Positions 1-20,406 of a stretch of 64,000 bases of DNA are shown here, piece after piece. The notes beneath the pieces were generated by a model, which was not told where the DNA came from, made no database searches, and saw only the letters and a list, made by a program, of their open reading frames with translations. Source of the DNA: the human T2T-CHM13v2.0 reference genome, Homo sapiens. Both the position numbers and the translations under genes were made by a program. How positions within the stretch are numbered: the first letter of the stretch is position 1; each line of letters opens with the position of its first letter. The stretch lies in the NCBI RefSeq assembly GCF_009914755.1, contig NC_060930.1; one strand, 5' to 3'.

Positions 1-638
1 AGCTGAGGAGCAAGGAAGCCAGTCCGAGTCCCAAAGCTGAAGAACTTGGAGTCTGGGCTGGGTGCTGTGGTTCACGCCTGTAATCCCAGCACTTTGGGAG
101 GCCAAGGTGGGCAGATCACAAGGTCAGGAGATCAAGACCATCCTGGCTAACACGGTGAAACCCCGTCTCTACTAAAAATACAAAAATTAGCTGGACATGG
201 TGGCGGGCGCCTGTAGTCCCAGCTACTCAGGAGGCTGAGGCAGGAGAATGGCGTGAACCCGGGAGGCAGAACTTGCAGTGAGCCAAGATCACCACTGTAT
301 TCCAGCCTGGGTGACAGAGCAAGACTCTGTCTCAAAAAAAGAAAAACAAAAAACAAAAAACTTGGAGTCTGATGTTCAAGAACAGGAAGCATGCAGTACG
401 GGAGAAAGATGTAGATGGGGAGGCTAAGCCAGTCTAACCGTTTCACATTTTTCTGCCTGCTTTATATTTGCTGGCAGCTGATTAGATGGTTCCCACCCAG
501 ATTAAAGGTGGGTTGGCCTTTCCCAACCCACTGACTCAAATGTAAATCTCCTTTGGCAGCACCCACACAGACACACCCAGGAACAATACTTTGCATTCTT
601 CAATCCAATCAAGTTGACACTCAGTATTAGCCATCACA
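1..638 (-). mobile_element. MLT2A-type LTR (3' LTR of HERV-L provirus), truncated by window edge, interrupted by an Alu
   Basis: Direct repeat of 6488-6922. The minus strand starts TGTGATGGCTAATACTGAGTGTCAACTTGATTGGATTGAAG (MLT2A 5' end) and is preceded by the polypurine tract AAGGGGTGGACT (639-650). Confidence 0.9.
56..358 (+). mobile_element. AluY inserted in the LTR
   Basis: Full dimer with AluY diagnostics (ATCCTGGCTAACACGGTG, GAGAATGGCGTGAACCCGGG). TSD AACTTGGAGTCTG at 43-55 and 359-371. Confidence 0.93.
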
Positions 639-888
639 AGTCCACCCCTTGTTAACTTGAACCCAAACACATCTCCTGAGATCATACAGAATCTTCAAAT
701 AAAGACAATAATAAGATCATAATTGTGCCTAACATAATACAACTATCCTTTGTACAACTGGAAATGCACCAATCCCCAATCCAAATGCTATTTCATAAAG
801 TTAACAACACTTAAATGCTGATATGAAATCAATAAATGTTATGTCACATGATAAAGGAAAAGGAAATAAAACGAAGTTATTTTCTTAG

Positions 889-1214
<326 letters not shown>

Positions 1215-1454
1215 ACAAATGTTTTTAACAAAAGAAAGAAATACTCATGACAATTACAGTCCTCATTTCTGCAGCTGGTCACATGGTTGTAGCTGGTATT
1301 GATGACTGCCTCCTTCTATCCATTTTGTATTCCCTTTGCCTTCAGTGAGCACCTCAGCAGATTTTTTTTTTTTCTGGTGGAGGGACTCAAACCTTCATCC
1401 CTGAAGTGTCTGGGCCATTTGTAGTCCTGCCTGGATTGGGCTGTCGTAGTTTCC

Positions 1455-1720
1455 CATTGACCTTAATCATAGGGCATGGTAATAGTAAGAGACGCCCCAG
1501 GGGATCACCAGTATTCCACGCTTATTCTTCTTACCTCTGTTATGGAGCAGTAGACTGATCTCATCATGATAGCCTGGGTCAATCACCCCAGCCAACACTG
1601 TAACTCCCTTCTTAGCCAGTTGACTTAAGGTAGGAGTAGTCCAAAGTGTTCAGGTGTAAGTCTTAACTTCCAGTTTAGTGGAATCGTTGTGTCTCCTGGT
1701 GGCAGAATTCCTCCCTCTGG
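1455..1720 (-). pseudogene. HERV-L dUTPase remnant
   Basis: Manual minus-strand translation gives GVTVLAGVIDPGYHDEISLLLHNRG (dUTPase motif 3, G-x-I-D-x-x-Y). It lies 3' of integrase, as expected for ERV-L. Confidence 0.75.
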
Positions 1721-4700
1721 AACTAAAACCTCTAGGCCACCAGAATGTAATGGGGAACAGGAAGCAAAAATTTTGCTAGTGGATCACTAGGGGTGATGGC
1801 ATGTGGTACCACATCCACTTCCACCTCTTGATTCCTGGACCCGTGAATTCTGGCTATGGGAGAAACAATACCATATATTTGATGCTGATTCAGAGCATAC
1901 ATGGCCTTCTGGAGAACTTTGCCCCAGCCCTGCAAAGTATTATCACCTAGTTGGCATTGTAATTGTGATTTCAAAAGGCCATTCCACCATTCTATTAATC
2001 CAGCTGCCTCAGGATGATGGGGAATATCGTAAGACCAGTGAATTCCATGAGCATGAGCCCACTGCCACACTTCTTCAGCCATAAAGTGAGTGCCTTGGTC
2101 AGAGGCAATGCTGTGTGGAATATCGTGACGGTGGATAACGCATTCTGTGTGTCCACGGATGGTAGTCTTGGCAGAAGCATTGTGTGCAGGATAGGCAAAT
2201 CCATATCTGGAGTAAATGTCTATTCCAGTGAGGATAAACCTCTGCCCTTTTCATGATGGAAGAGGTCCAATATAATCAACCTGCCACCAGGTAGCTGGCT
2301 GATCACCCTAAGGAACGGTGCCATATTGAGGGCTCAGTGTTGGTCTCTGCTACTGGCAAATTGGGCACTCAGCAGTGTCTGTAGCCAGGTCAGCCTTGGT
2401 GAGTAGAAGTCCATGTTGCTGAGCATAACCTCTATCACTGCCACCATGGCCACTTTTATCATGGGCCCACTGGGTGATGACAGGGGTGGCTGGGGAAAGA
2501 GGCTGGGTGGTGTCCACAGAACAGGCCATCCTATCCACTCGATTATTAAAATCCTCCTCTGCTGAGGTAACCTGTTGCTGAGCACTCACATGAAATACAA
2601 ATATCTTCAGTTTTTGACCACTCAGAGAGGTCCACATCCACATACCTCTTCCCCAAGTTTCTTTGTCACCAATTTTCCAATCATGCTTCTTCTAAGTCCC
2701 TGACCATCCAGCCAAACCATTGGCTACAGCCCATGAATCAGCATATAATCGCACATCTGGCCATTTCTCTTTCCATGCAAAGTGCCCAGCCAGGTGTACT
2801 TCTCGAAGTTCTGCCCACTGGGAAGATTTCCCTTCACCACTGTCCTCTGGGGATGCCCTAGCAAGGGGCTATAGTGCTGCAGCTGTCCACTTTTGGGTGG
2901 TGCCTGCATATTGTGCAGAACCATCTATAAACCAGGCCCTAATCTTCTCTTCCTCTGCCAACGGATCATAGGGAACTCCCCATGAGGCCATCGGTGCAGG
3001 CTGGGGGAGAGAAGGCAGGGTGGCAGGAGTAGAGACCATGGGCATTTGAGCCACTTCCTCATGTAACTTAACTGTGCCTTCAGGACCTGCTCGAGCCTAA
3101 TTACGTATATACCACTTCCATTTGATGATGAAATGGCGCGGTGCATGACTTACTTTATGGCTAGATGAGTCAGAAAGCACCCAGTTCATAACAGGCAGTT
3201 CAGGTCGTATGGTGACTTGATGACCCATCGTCAAACGTTCAGTTTCCACCAAAGCCCAGTAACAGGCCAAGAGCTGTCTCTCAAAATGAGATTAGTTATC
3301 TGCAGAAGATGGCAGGACCTTGCTCAAAAATCCTAGAGGCCTCTGCTGTGGTCCACCTATGGGGGCCTGCCAAAGGCTCCAAACAGCATCTCTTTCTGCC
3401 ACTGACACCTCAAGCACCATTGGATCTGCTGGGTCGTATGGCCCAAGTGGCAGAGAAGCTGGCATAGCAGCCTGGACCTGGTGCAGAGCCTTCTTCTGTT
3501 CTGGACCCCACTCAAAACTGGCAGCCTTTTGGGTCACTCAATAAATGGGCCAGAGGAACATATTCAAATGAGGAATGTGTTGCCTCCAAAATGCAAATAG
3601 GCCCATTAGGTGTTGTACCTGTTTCTTGGTTGTAGAAGGGGCCAAATGCAGCAACTTATCCTTCACCTTGGAAGGAATATCTCAACATGCCCTATACCAC
3701 TGGACCCCTAGAAATTTTACTGAGGTAGAAAGTCCCTGAATTGTAGTTGCATTTATTTTCAATGCTGTGGCATGCTAATGTCTCACCAATCAGTCCAGTC
3801 TGTTTGCTACTTCTTGCTCACTGGATCCAATTAGCATAATGTCAGCAATGTAATGGACCAATGTGATATATTGTGGAAGTGAAAACTGATCAACGTCTCT
3901 CTGAATCAGATTATGACAAAAGCTGGAGAGTTGATATACCCCTGAGGTAGGACAGTAAAAGTATATTGCTGGCCTTGCCAGCTGAAGCCAAATTGCTTCT
4001 GGTGGGCCTTACAGACAGGAATGGAGAAAAAGTCATTTGCCAAGTCAACGGCTGCATACAAGGTACCAGGAGACATGTTAATTTGCTCAAGCGATGCAAA
4101 CACATCTGGTACAGCAGCTGCAATTGAAGTCATCACTTTGTTAAGCTTATGATAACACACTGTCATTCTCTAAGATCCATCTGTCTTCTGCACAGGCCAG
4201 ATAGAGTTGAATGGGGATGTGGTGGGAATCGCCACCCCTGCCCCTGTGGCTTTCAAGCCCTTGATGGTAGCGCTAATCTCTGCAGTCCCTCCAGGGATGC
4301 GGTGTTGTTTTTGATTTATAATTTTCCTAGGTAGAGGCAGTTCTAATGGCTTCCATTTGGCCTTTCCCACCATAATAGCCCTCACCCTACCAGTCAGGGA
4401 GCCAATATGGGAGTTCTGCCAGCTGCTAAGTATGTCTATGCCAATTATGCATTCTGGCACAGGAGAAATGAACACAAGATGAGTCGGGGACCCAGTGTAA
4501 GTAGGACCTGAGCTAAAACTCCATTACCTCCATAAACCCCTACTTTAACTGGAGGACCACAATTCGGGTCCCCTGGAATCAACATCAGCTCACAGCCAGT
4601 GTCCAGTCGTCCCTGAAATGTCTGATCATTTCCCTTTCCCCACTGCACACTCTGGTAAAAGGCTGGATGTGTCCTTGGGGAAGGATGGGAGAAAGATTAG

Positions 4701-6467
4701 CATAAATTGTTGGTAGTGTAGTGGGGTTCTTCCTCAATGGGACCTGGGCCCCCCTTCATTCAAGGGATTCCAGGTCTGTAAACTGGCTCAAGTCTGGAAA
4801 TTGACTGAGGGGCTATGATTCTCTGTTCAAATTAGTCTTTTGTTCATTTGACCTGGAAGTTATGCAGTAGGCTTCCTATCAATTTCACTTTTAAGAACAA
4901 CATCATTAATTAGCCAATGCCAGAGCTCTATGTGAGTCAGACTATGTGATTGCTGCTTTGCCTCTGCTGTCCATTATGGTAGCTGTGCCCACCTTTCCTT
5001 TGACAGCTGGGTGCTGCCAAGTTGTCCGTGCCATCTCAGGATCCAATTATTCCCATTGTATTTAAATTTTGTAGTCGGGTGACTGTGGTTCCCACTGTTA
5101 GATCTGACATACAGAGAAGAGCAATTACAGGGCTCTTAAAAAATGCAGGTGCTGCCCTCACAAATCTATTTCACAAAGCATTGGTCAAGGGTATATCTTC
5201 TGGACCCTCCCAGCTGGGATGAGTAAGTCTAAAGTGACTAATCCACTTCAGCATCCCAATCTCCCTAAGCCTTTGGATCCCTTCCTCTACATTAAACCAA
5301 GGGAGATCAGGCATTTCCAGCTCACTCACAGTGGGCCATCTTTTAATCCATATTTCGGCTAACCAAGCAAATAAACTATTAGAACCTTTTTTAACTCCCC
5401 AAGTTGCAACATTAAATGCAGAATCCCTACTTAGTGGGCCCAAATCAATAAATTGAGCCTGATCCAACTCTGTTCCTTCCACCATTATCTCACACCCTTA
5501 ATATCCATTCCCATGCCTGTTCTCCAGATTTCTGTTCATTTAAATTAGAGAACTCAAGCAGTTCTTTTCGAGTGTAGTGTACCTCCTCATGGGTCACACT
5601 CTCAACCTCACTTCTAGGGCCCTGCCAGGACTTATAGGTCAGAAGCAAACAGGAGTATTGGGGTGGCTCCTGAGGAGAATCAACATTATCTTGCCTGGCA
5701 ACTGGCTCAGGGGAGGCCATCACTGTTGCCTCAGGCAGTGCAGGGTTTATCTCCTCAGAGAAAGGTGGAAAGGCTGATGCCAGTGTAGGTCAGGGAGGGA
5801 ATGTTGCCACTACTGGTGATGGGGAAGCCGTTTCTTCTGGCAAAAAGAGTTCACCAGAGTTTACAAGCTCAGTGTCCCCAGCTTCATCCCACACGTCCCC
5901 ATTCGAAGTTGCAGGGTCCCATTCTCCTCTAATCATTGCCCTCATTTTAACAGGAGACACCTGGTGAGGCTGTGCATGCACCTTTCATTGCAGGTCAGCC
6001 TCTTGCGTGATAAGAGCTTGTGTGTGATTTTCCACAATTTCAGCTCTTTCTCCACAGGAGATAAGACTCTCACTCAGGGCAATCTTAGAAGATTTGAGGC
6101 TCAATATCTGCTTCTGAAGCTGGGAGACAGAATCCCTGAGTTCATTATTTTCTTTCATCACTGTGTCTAGTGAACTTAGGAGCAACCAACCAGCTTCATT
6201 ATGTTCCTTGGTTCTCCGCATATGGTCAAAGGTATTATGTATAGAGTCACTAAACTCCTTGTCTCTCACGAGCAGTGGATCAGGAGTGTCAAATACATTT
6301 ATTTTGCCTAACTTTCTAAACAGTTTATGCCAGGGACTCTTGGTATCCTCCATACTATTAGAAGTACAGTCCTTAGTATTTTTGGGTCTAATCATTTTAA
6401 GCAGCCACCTCCAGAAACCCCCAAACCAACAAAATAACTCCATCCTTAATATTCTGTTCCTCTAGAA

Positions 6468-6482
6468 CCACTCCTGGTACCA
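6468..6482 (-). promoter_or_regulatory. tRNA-Leu primer binding site
   Basis: Minus strand TGGTACCAGGAGTGG lies 5 nt after the 5' LTR and is complementary to a tRNA-Leu 3' end (CCA tail). Confidence 0.8.
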
Positions 6483-6487
6483 AAATC

Positions 6488-6922
6488 TGTATTAGGGTTC
6501 TCTAGAGGGACAGAACTAATAGGATAGACATATATATAAAGGAGAGTTTATTATTAACTCACATGATCACAAGGTCCCACAATCTGCAAGCTGAGGAGCA
6601 AGGAAGCCAGTCTGAGTCTGAGTCTGAGTCCCAAAGCTGAAGAACTTGGAGTCTGATGTTTGAGCGCAGGAAATATCCAGCATGAGAGAAAGACGTAGGT
6701 GGGGAGGCTAAGCCAGTCTAACCTTTCCAGGTTTTCCTGCCTGCTTTATATTTGCTGGCAGCTGATTAGATGATACTCACCCAGATTAAGGGCGGGTCTG
6801 CCTTCCCCAGCCCACTGACTCAAATGTTAATCTCCTTTGGCAACACCCACACAGACCTACCCAGGATTAATACTTTGCATCCTTCAATCCAATCAAGTTG
6901 ACATTCAGTATTAGCCATCACA
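6488..6922 (-). mobile_element. MLT2A-type 5' LTR of HERV-L (complete, TG...CA)
   Basis: 435 bp with TGT...ACA termini; matches 1-638 once the Alu is removed. TATA-like AATATAAAG on the minus strand near 6745-6752. Confidence 0.92.
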
Positions 6923-6929
6923 GCTACTT

Positions 6930-8110
<1,181 letters not shown>

Positions 8111-8329
8111 ACCTTTTATGTGCTTGAGGTAGACTGCATATAAGAGGCAGGATATGTTCTTGACTTTCTCTTTTAAACAGCTTTTCAGATAGAGTTGACT
8201 TCCATAGATCCTCTAAGAGTGATAATGAAGGTTCTAAATTTTGTTTTGTTTTTTGGATTTTTAAAAAAACATAAGGATTTATTTCAATCCATTGGAATTT
8301 ATATTTCACATACATGAAATACACTTTTA

Positions 8330-8550
8330 TAAATGTCCGATTTGTCCCTTCTTTGGCAAGTGGGAGCCACTACAAGCTGGTTCCTGACTCCTACCAACAT
8401 GACCCAGAAGTCTTTGAGAGCTTCCTTGCTTTGTGGCATGACAAAGTATCTTGTACATTTCCTGACCCAGACCTGGCATCAGCCATTTCTGCGAGGAGCC
8501 CTGGTTCATTTTGGTGGGGAATGGTATTCAGAGCCACAACCTGGGCATGA
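8330..8550 (-). mobile_element. Old L1M (L1MC-like) 3' UTR fragment
   Basis: The motif CCCAGACCTGGCATCAGCCATTTCT..GAGCCCTGGTTC is typical of L1MC 3' ends. Confidence 0.55.
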
Positions 8551-8924
8551 ATTGTAAAGTGGCAGAACACTGCAAGGAAATCCAAGTCTCAGATTTGTTA
8601 AATAAAAGGTTTCAAGAATAGAAAAATGAGGTTATCAACAGGAGAACTAAATTTTGACAAATGCATGAGGAAAACTTGTGTGCAAACTCAAGGAGACAGA
8701 CAAGGGAATGTCCCTTTGGGATGGCAAAGTGTTTTGTGAATACAAAGAAAAGGTACATGGAGTGGGTCTGGGATGAGGAGGCGATGAGTATGGAGATGTA
8801 CATAGTGGTCAAACAAAGTCTGGGGTTATATGCTGTGCCAACCTGTTTGAGCTGTTTAGATCATTAAACATGATTGAATTCATGTGGGAAGTATCATTTG
8901 GAAATAGTTTGGTGATTTTCTTTC

Positions 8925-9233
8925 TGTCTGTCTCTCTTCTCTCCTCTCTCCTCTTCTGACAGTCTCGCTCTGTCACCCAGGCTGGAGTGCAGTGGCGCAA
9001 TCTTGGCTCACTACAACTTCCATCTCTCAGGTTCAACCAATTCTCAATCCTCAGCCTCCCAAGTAGCAGGATTACAGGCACGCACCACCATGCCCAGCTA
9101 ATTTTTGTATTTTTAGTAGATGCGGGGTTTTACCGTATTGGTCAGTCTGGTCTCGACTCCTGACCTCAAGTGATCCACCTGCCCCAGCCTCCCAAAGTGC
9201 TGGGATTACAGGTGTGAGCCACTGTGCCCAGCC
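8925..9233 (-). mobile_element. AluS with CT-rich degenerate tail
   Basis: Reverse Alu consensus. Confidence 0.88.
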
Positions 9234-9854
9234 CCTGTCACTTTCTTTATAGATAAGATGTTGACTTTAAAACAGTTCTGGGGCTTAGTTGGGTAGGGCA
9301 AAGATTGAAGTGTTCTGAATAGGCCAGTGGCCACCACGAAAGGCAGGGGTCAGCTAGGGGCAAGCAGAATGTAGTTAGAAGGTGGCTGCTATGGACAGCC
9401 AGAAGGGTCCTGTGAGTGTTCAGACCTGCAGTTCTAACTTCATCCACTGCAATTCATCTCCTGATTTCTAGTCTTAATTTCCACTGGTGACCATTCATTA
9501 GGGACTCTCTTCCTCTTTCCCAGTTCCTGACTTGGCTGGTGGTTTCTGAGTGGCTGTATCTTCTAGGACGAGGATCCCTAATTAGTAGTGGGAAATATCT
9601 TTTGGTCCTGAAGTCACACCTGGTAGATCTGCAAGCTGATTAGAGTACAGGCATGTGGCAGGGTTTAAGATTGAACTACTTTGGGATAGGAACTTCCATG
9701 GCAAGTTTAAAATATGTTCTGATAAATGAGACCCTGTGAACAGTGTCACATTACTTGTATCAAGATACATCTAAGCGTCAGTAGCAAAGACACTCCAAAA
9801 TGCCATGACTTTAGTAATGAATAATAAATAAAATGTCTCTCTCTCTTTCTCTCT

Positions 9855-9868
9855 CACACACACACACA

Positions 9869-9922
<54 letters not shown>
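9855..9922. repeat. (CA)n microsatellite preceded by (CT)n
   Basis: Direct observation. Confidence 0.97.
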
Positions 9923-9925
<3 letters not shown>

Positions 9926-10019
9926 TTCCAAAGTGAGTGCTGCAGGTTGGTGGGACAGCTCTGTTCACACGAGGACCCAGGTTTGTTCTAGGTCTGGGCT
10001 CTGCCAGCCTTTGGCCGGG

Positions 10020-10165
10020 GTGTCTCAAACTTCAAGCATGTTTGACTCCCCTGGAAATCTTACAATTCTATTTTTGTAGGTCTGTGACTGGACCTGAGAT
10101 TCTGCATTTCTAACAGTTCCCAGATGATGCAATGCTTCTGTTCCCGGACCACACTGGAGTAGCAA
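10020..10165. mobile_element. MER5A-like hAT DNA transposon fragment
   Basis: CCTGAGATTCTGCATTTCTAACAGTTCCCAGATGATGC...GGACCACACTGGAGTAGCA matches MER5A. Confidence 0.65.
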
Positions 10166-11704
10166 GACCCTAGAGTGTTATCATCTGTCAAAGCTGTGAC
10201 TGCCACATTCAGGTTCTAACCTGCAGGGAAGAGAGAAGGCTGGGGTTGGGGGACAGCGAGGAGGCCCCCTTGATGTCTTCAATCCCAGACCTGGTGATGG
10301 TACATAACACTTCCGCTTACATTATTTGGGTGAAAACCTGGTTATATGGTTACACCTAACTGCAAGGACATCTGAGAAATGTAATCTTGCCTGACAACCA
10401 CATACAAAGCTACAATTCTATTACTTTCAAAGAGCGGGGAGCAGATGTTGGCAGACAAATCACAGTCCCTGCCACATTACTCTATCTAAAGTCCCCTCAC
10501 ACACCTCCCAGAGACTCCTGGTGGCCACCCAATCAGGTGAAGCGTACTCAGAAGTGTCCAGGAGGCTTTCCAGATCTGAACTTCACAGCATTCTTCCCTT
10601 CAGCATGTACTTGAAAAATTCTGCTCCCAGAATTTCCTGAGTATTTATTTATTTATTTATTTATTTAGGGGAGAATGTACAAGTCGACTTTTTCTTTCCA
10701 CTTTTGTGACTTTGGAAGTGAACGAGATGACCAGATTATGTCTCTTTAAAATCGACTTGTTTAATTCTTCCTGTTTTGGTGAGAAGAAATTGATGCTTCA
10801 ATCCCAGTCTCACATTATTCCAGCCAAGACAATCTTGCTGGGCTGAATCACTGTGCTGCAGATTTTCCTGTCCGATGAGTGGGTGAGATATAGGATAATA
10901 AATGAGTCCAGGCAGTTGGCAAGATGCACGGGCAGCCTGAGAGCAGAGTTATAATCACAGTACATTTATGATAAAACTGCAGTTTATTCTGCAGACATGA
11001 CAACATTAGATGGTCAAAGAGCTCAAGGATAGTGAAGGAAAAACTAATTGTTTGTGAGTGATGAGATTTGCCCTTCATTTTTATTTACCTGACTGAAAGT
11101 GTCCAGTGTCTTTGCAGATGGAAATTTTCATTTCCTAATATTCTTCTCAATACTCAAGCAAATGAAATAGAATTAACTAAAAGCAGAGAGATATAATCTG
11201 CTTTAGCCGAAAGGCTAGAGGGGCAAGGAATAATCAAGCAAGCACTCTAAGGCTGCTTCGATATTTCCTTCATAAATGAAAGTGAAGGGAGAGTCATACT
11301 GGGCTGTTCTCTGACACACACACAAATTAAATATGCATATTGCCCTCTTAAAATACAGGCCTAGGGAACAATGAGCTCTTAGTTGGGTTTTCTTCCCTGT
11401 ATGGCATTCTTATGCGGTCTTTCACTGAAATGAACAATTTCAATATAAGAAAAAAACCCTGAAATATAACTTGAAATCAAATAAGGCTGCCATGTCCTTC
11501 CATTAGCCCCAGCAGTTGCTTCCAATTATCATGACCAGATTTTCTCATTTGTGCTTTTTAGAGAAACAATATTTGTATTCAGGAGGAAAGCTGAGAATTT
11601 AATCATTTCATGTGATGCTCCAGACAGTACCAGCAGTGTCAAAAAGTAGGAAGAACTCTCCCTGGATTCTGAGTCAAAAGATGTACATTTAAATCCCCAC
11701 TATT

Positions 11705-12013
11705 TTTTTTCTTTCTTTCTTTCTTTTTTTTTTTTTTTTAGATGGAGTCTCCGTTGCCCAGGCTGGAAGGCAGTGGTACAATCTTGGCTCACTGCAAACT
11801 CCGCCTCCCAAGTTCAAGTGATTCTCCTGTTTCAGCCTCCTGAGTAGCTGAGACTATAGGCGCCTACCACCACACCCGGCTAATTTTTGTATTTTAATAG
11901 AGACAGGGTTTTACCATGTTGGCCAGGCTGGTCTGGAACTCCTGACCTTGCGATCCACCCGCCTTGGCCTCCCAAAGTGCTGGGATTACAGGCATGAGAC
12001 ACTGTGCCCAAAC
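11705..12013 (-). mobile_element. AluS
   Basis: Reverse Alu. Imperfect TSD TAAATCCCCACTATT (11690-11704) / TAAATCCCTTCTATT (12014-12028). Confidence 0.9.
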
Positions 12014-12028
12014 TAAATCCCTTCTATT

Positions 12029-12264
12029 GGCTGGGCACAGTGGCTCACGTCTGTAATCCCAGCACTTTGGGAGGCCAAGGCAGGTGGATCACTTGAGTCA
12101 AGAGTTTGAGACCAGTGTGGCCAACATGGTGAAACCCCGTCTCTACTAAAAACAGAAAAATTAGCCGGGTGTGGTTGGTACGCACCTGTAGTCTCAGCTA
12201 CTCGGGAGGCTGAGACAGGAGAATCACTTGAACTTGGGAGGCGGAGTTTGCAGTGAGCCAAGAT
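12029..12264 (+). mobile_element. AluS, 3'-truncated (no tail)
   Basis: Alu consensus stops at GCAGTGAGCCAAGAT. Confidence 0.88.
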
Positions 12265-12289
12265 TAGATTCTTAATTCAAGAATTAAGA

Positions 12290-18189
<5,900 letters not shown>

Positions 18190-20090
18190 GGAATTATATT
18201 TTGTTCAAATATGTATTAGTTTAGGAAATGACCCAAAGGTGTTTTAAATAACATTTTTAAAAATTTGATTTTGCTGGTAAAATTAATTCAAATATTCTGT
18301 GTGGTCTAAGAGATCTTTCGAAAGAACTGGAGTGGGCCCTTCACAGTGGGATAAATAAAGAAGAAAATGGGGAAGGAGGAAAGCGTTGATTACACATGTC
18401 TTAAGAATGAGCAAAGGTACAAGGAAAAAATATATTAAGACAAAGCTAAGCTCCAGATTGACTGTAAGAACAAATCAGCAATCCTGAGAGGATTCACAGA
18501 CCCTCTGAAAGAAGCAGACTGCTCCTGCAGAACCAGGAGACACCCCAAATACTGTGAGTGCCCCAACTGCAGAATTGGGAAAGGGAGATCCTCCTCTCCC
18601 AAACACACACTCCCACTGGAGAAGCTGAGCGTCTATTTGTGGGAGAAGTTTCTGACTTTACCTGGAGCTGAGTCAAGCTAAGCGAAATGCAGGGGTAGAG
18701 GAAGAAGCCCCTGGGAGCTCGCGGGGTCCCCAGTCAGCCCATTCCTGCCTGGCACCACAGGGATCCATCGGGAGGGGGGCCAGAGGAGCAGGGGGTAAAA
18801 CCCCACAGAGGGCAGGAAATCTCTAGCTGAACTTTGTAACAATTTAAATGTGGCGAGAAGCCTCCTGGCCAGAAGTTGGAGGAGTGTTCGAATCCCACTT
18901 GCAGACTTCACAGGCAGGGGAAGAACTAACGCCCTTTTCTTTCACAGCCCCAGTAGCCTAGGGCAAGTCTTCAAGCCTGTCTCCCCCTCTGCCTGGTAAC
19001 AGACCTCGGGGCTGTTGCAGAGGGGCATGGTGGGAGTGAGACCAGCCCTGTGGTTTGCATGGGAGCTGGTTTGAGGCCTGTGACTGTCGGCTTTTCACTA
19101 CTGCATGACTCAGCAGAGGCAGCCATAATCCTCCTAGGTACACAACTCCAGTGACCTGGGAATCTCAGCCCCATCACCCACAGCAGCTGCAGCAAGACCC
19201 ACACAAGGAGAGTCTGAGCTCAGACACGCTTAGCCCTGCCCTCACCTGATGGTCCTTCCCTACCCACCTTGATAGTGGAAGACAATGGACACATAGTCTT
19301 CGGAGTTCTAGAGCCCCACCCAGCACTGATCCCTCTCCACACTACTTCAGCTGATGCTTTTTGGAAAGTACCACCTCCTGACAGGAGGCCAATCAGCACA
19401 AAAATAGAGCATTAAACCACCAAAGCTAAGGACCCTCATGGAATCCATTGCACCCTCCACCACCTCCACCGGAACAAGCACTGGTATGGTTCACATCACA
19501 GGACTCTGTGCAGACAACCCCCAGTACCAGCCCAGAGCTGGGTAGATTCACTGAGTGGCTAGACCCGGAAGAGAGAGACAACAATCACTCCAGTTTAGCT
19601 CACAGGAAGCACATCCACAGGAAAAGTGGGGAGAGTATTACATCAAGGGAACATCCTGTGGGACAAAAAAATCTGAACAACAGTCTTCAGCCCTAGACCT
19701 TCCCTCTGACAGAGCCTACCCAAATGAGAAGGAACCAGAAAACCAACCCTGGTAATATGACAGAACAAGGCTCATCAACACCCTCCAAAAATCACACTAG
19801 TTTACCAGCAATGGATCCAAACCAAGAAGAAATCCCTGATTTACCTGAAAAAGTATTCAAGAGGTTAGTTATTAAGCTAATCAGGGAGGAACCAGAGCAA
19901 GGCAGAGCCCAATGCAAGGAAATCCAAAAATTGATACAGGAAGTGAAGGGAGAAATATTCAAGGAAATAGATAGCTTAAAAGACAATCAAAAATTCAGGA
20001 AATTTTGGACACACTTTTTGAAATGCAAAATGCTCTGGAAAGTCTCAGCAATATATAATTGAACAAGTGGAAGAAAGAAATTCAGAGTTC

Positions 20091-20406
20091 CACCTGGGTG
20101 CAGTGGCTCACGCCTGTAATCCCAACACTTTGGGAGGCCAAGGCAGGCGGCTCATCTGAGGTCAGGAGTTTGGGATCAGCCTGGCCAACATGGCGAAACC
20201 TTGTGTCTACTAAAAATACACAAATTAGCTGGATGTGGTGGCACGTGCTTGTATCCCAGCATTAGGGAGGCTGAGGCAGGAGAATTGCTTGAACCTGGGA
20301 GGCAGAGGTTGCAGTGAGCCAAGATAGCGCCACTGCACTACAGCCTGGGCAACAGAGCAAGACTCCATCTAATAAAAAAACAACAACAACAAAACAAAAT
20401 GAAACC
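20091..20406 (+). mobile_element. AluS inside L1PB ORF1
   Basis: Alu dimer. TSD AGAAATTCAGAG at 20076-20087 and 20407-20418. Confidence 0.9.
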
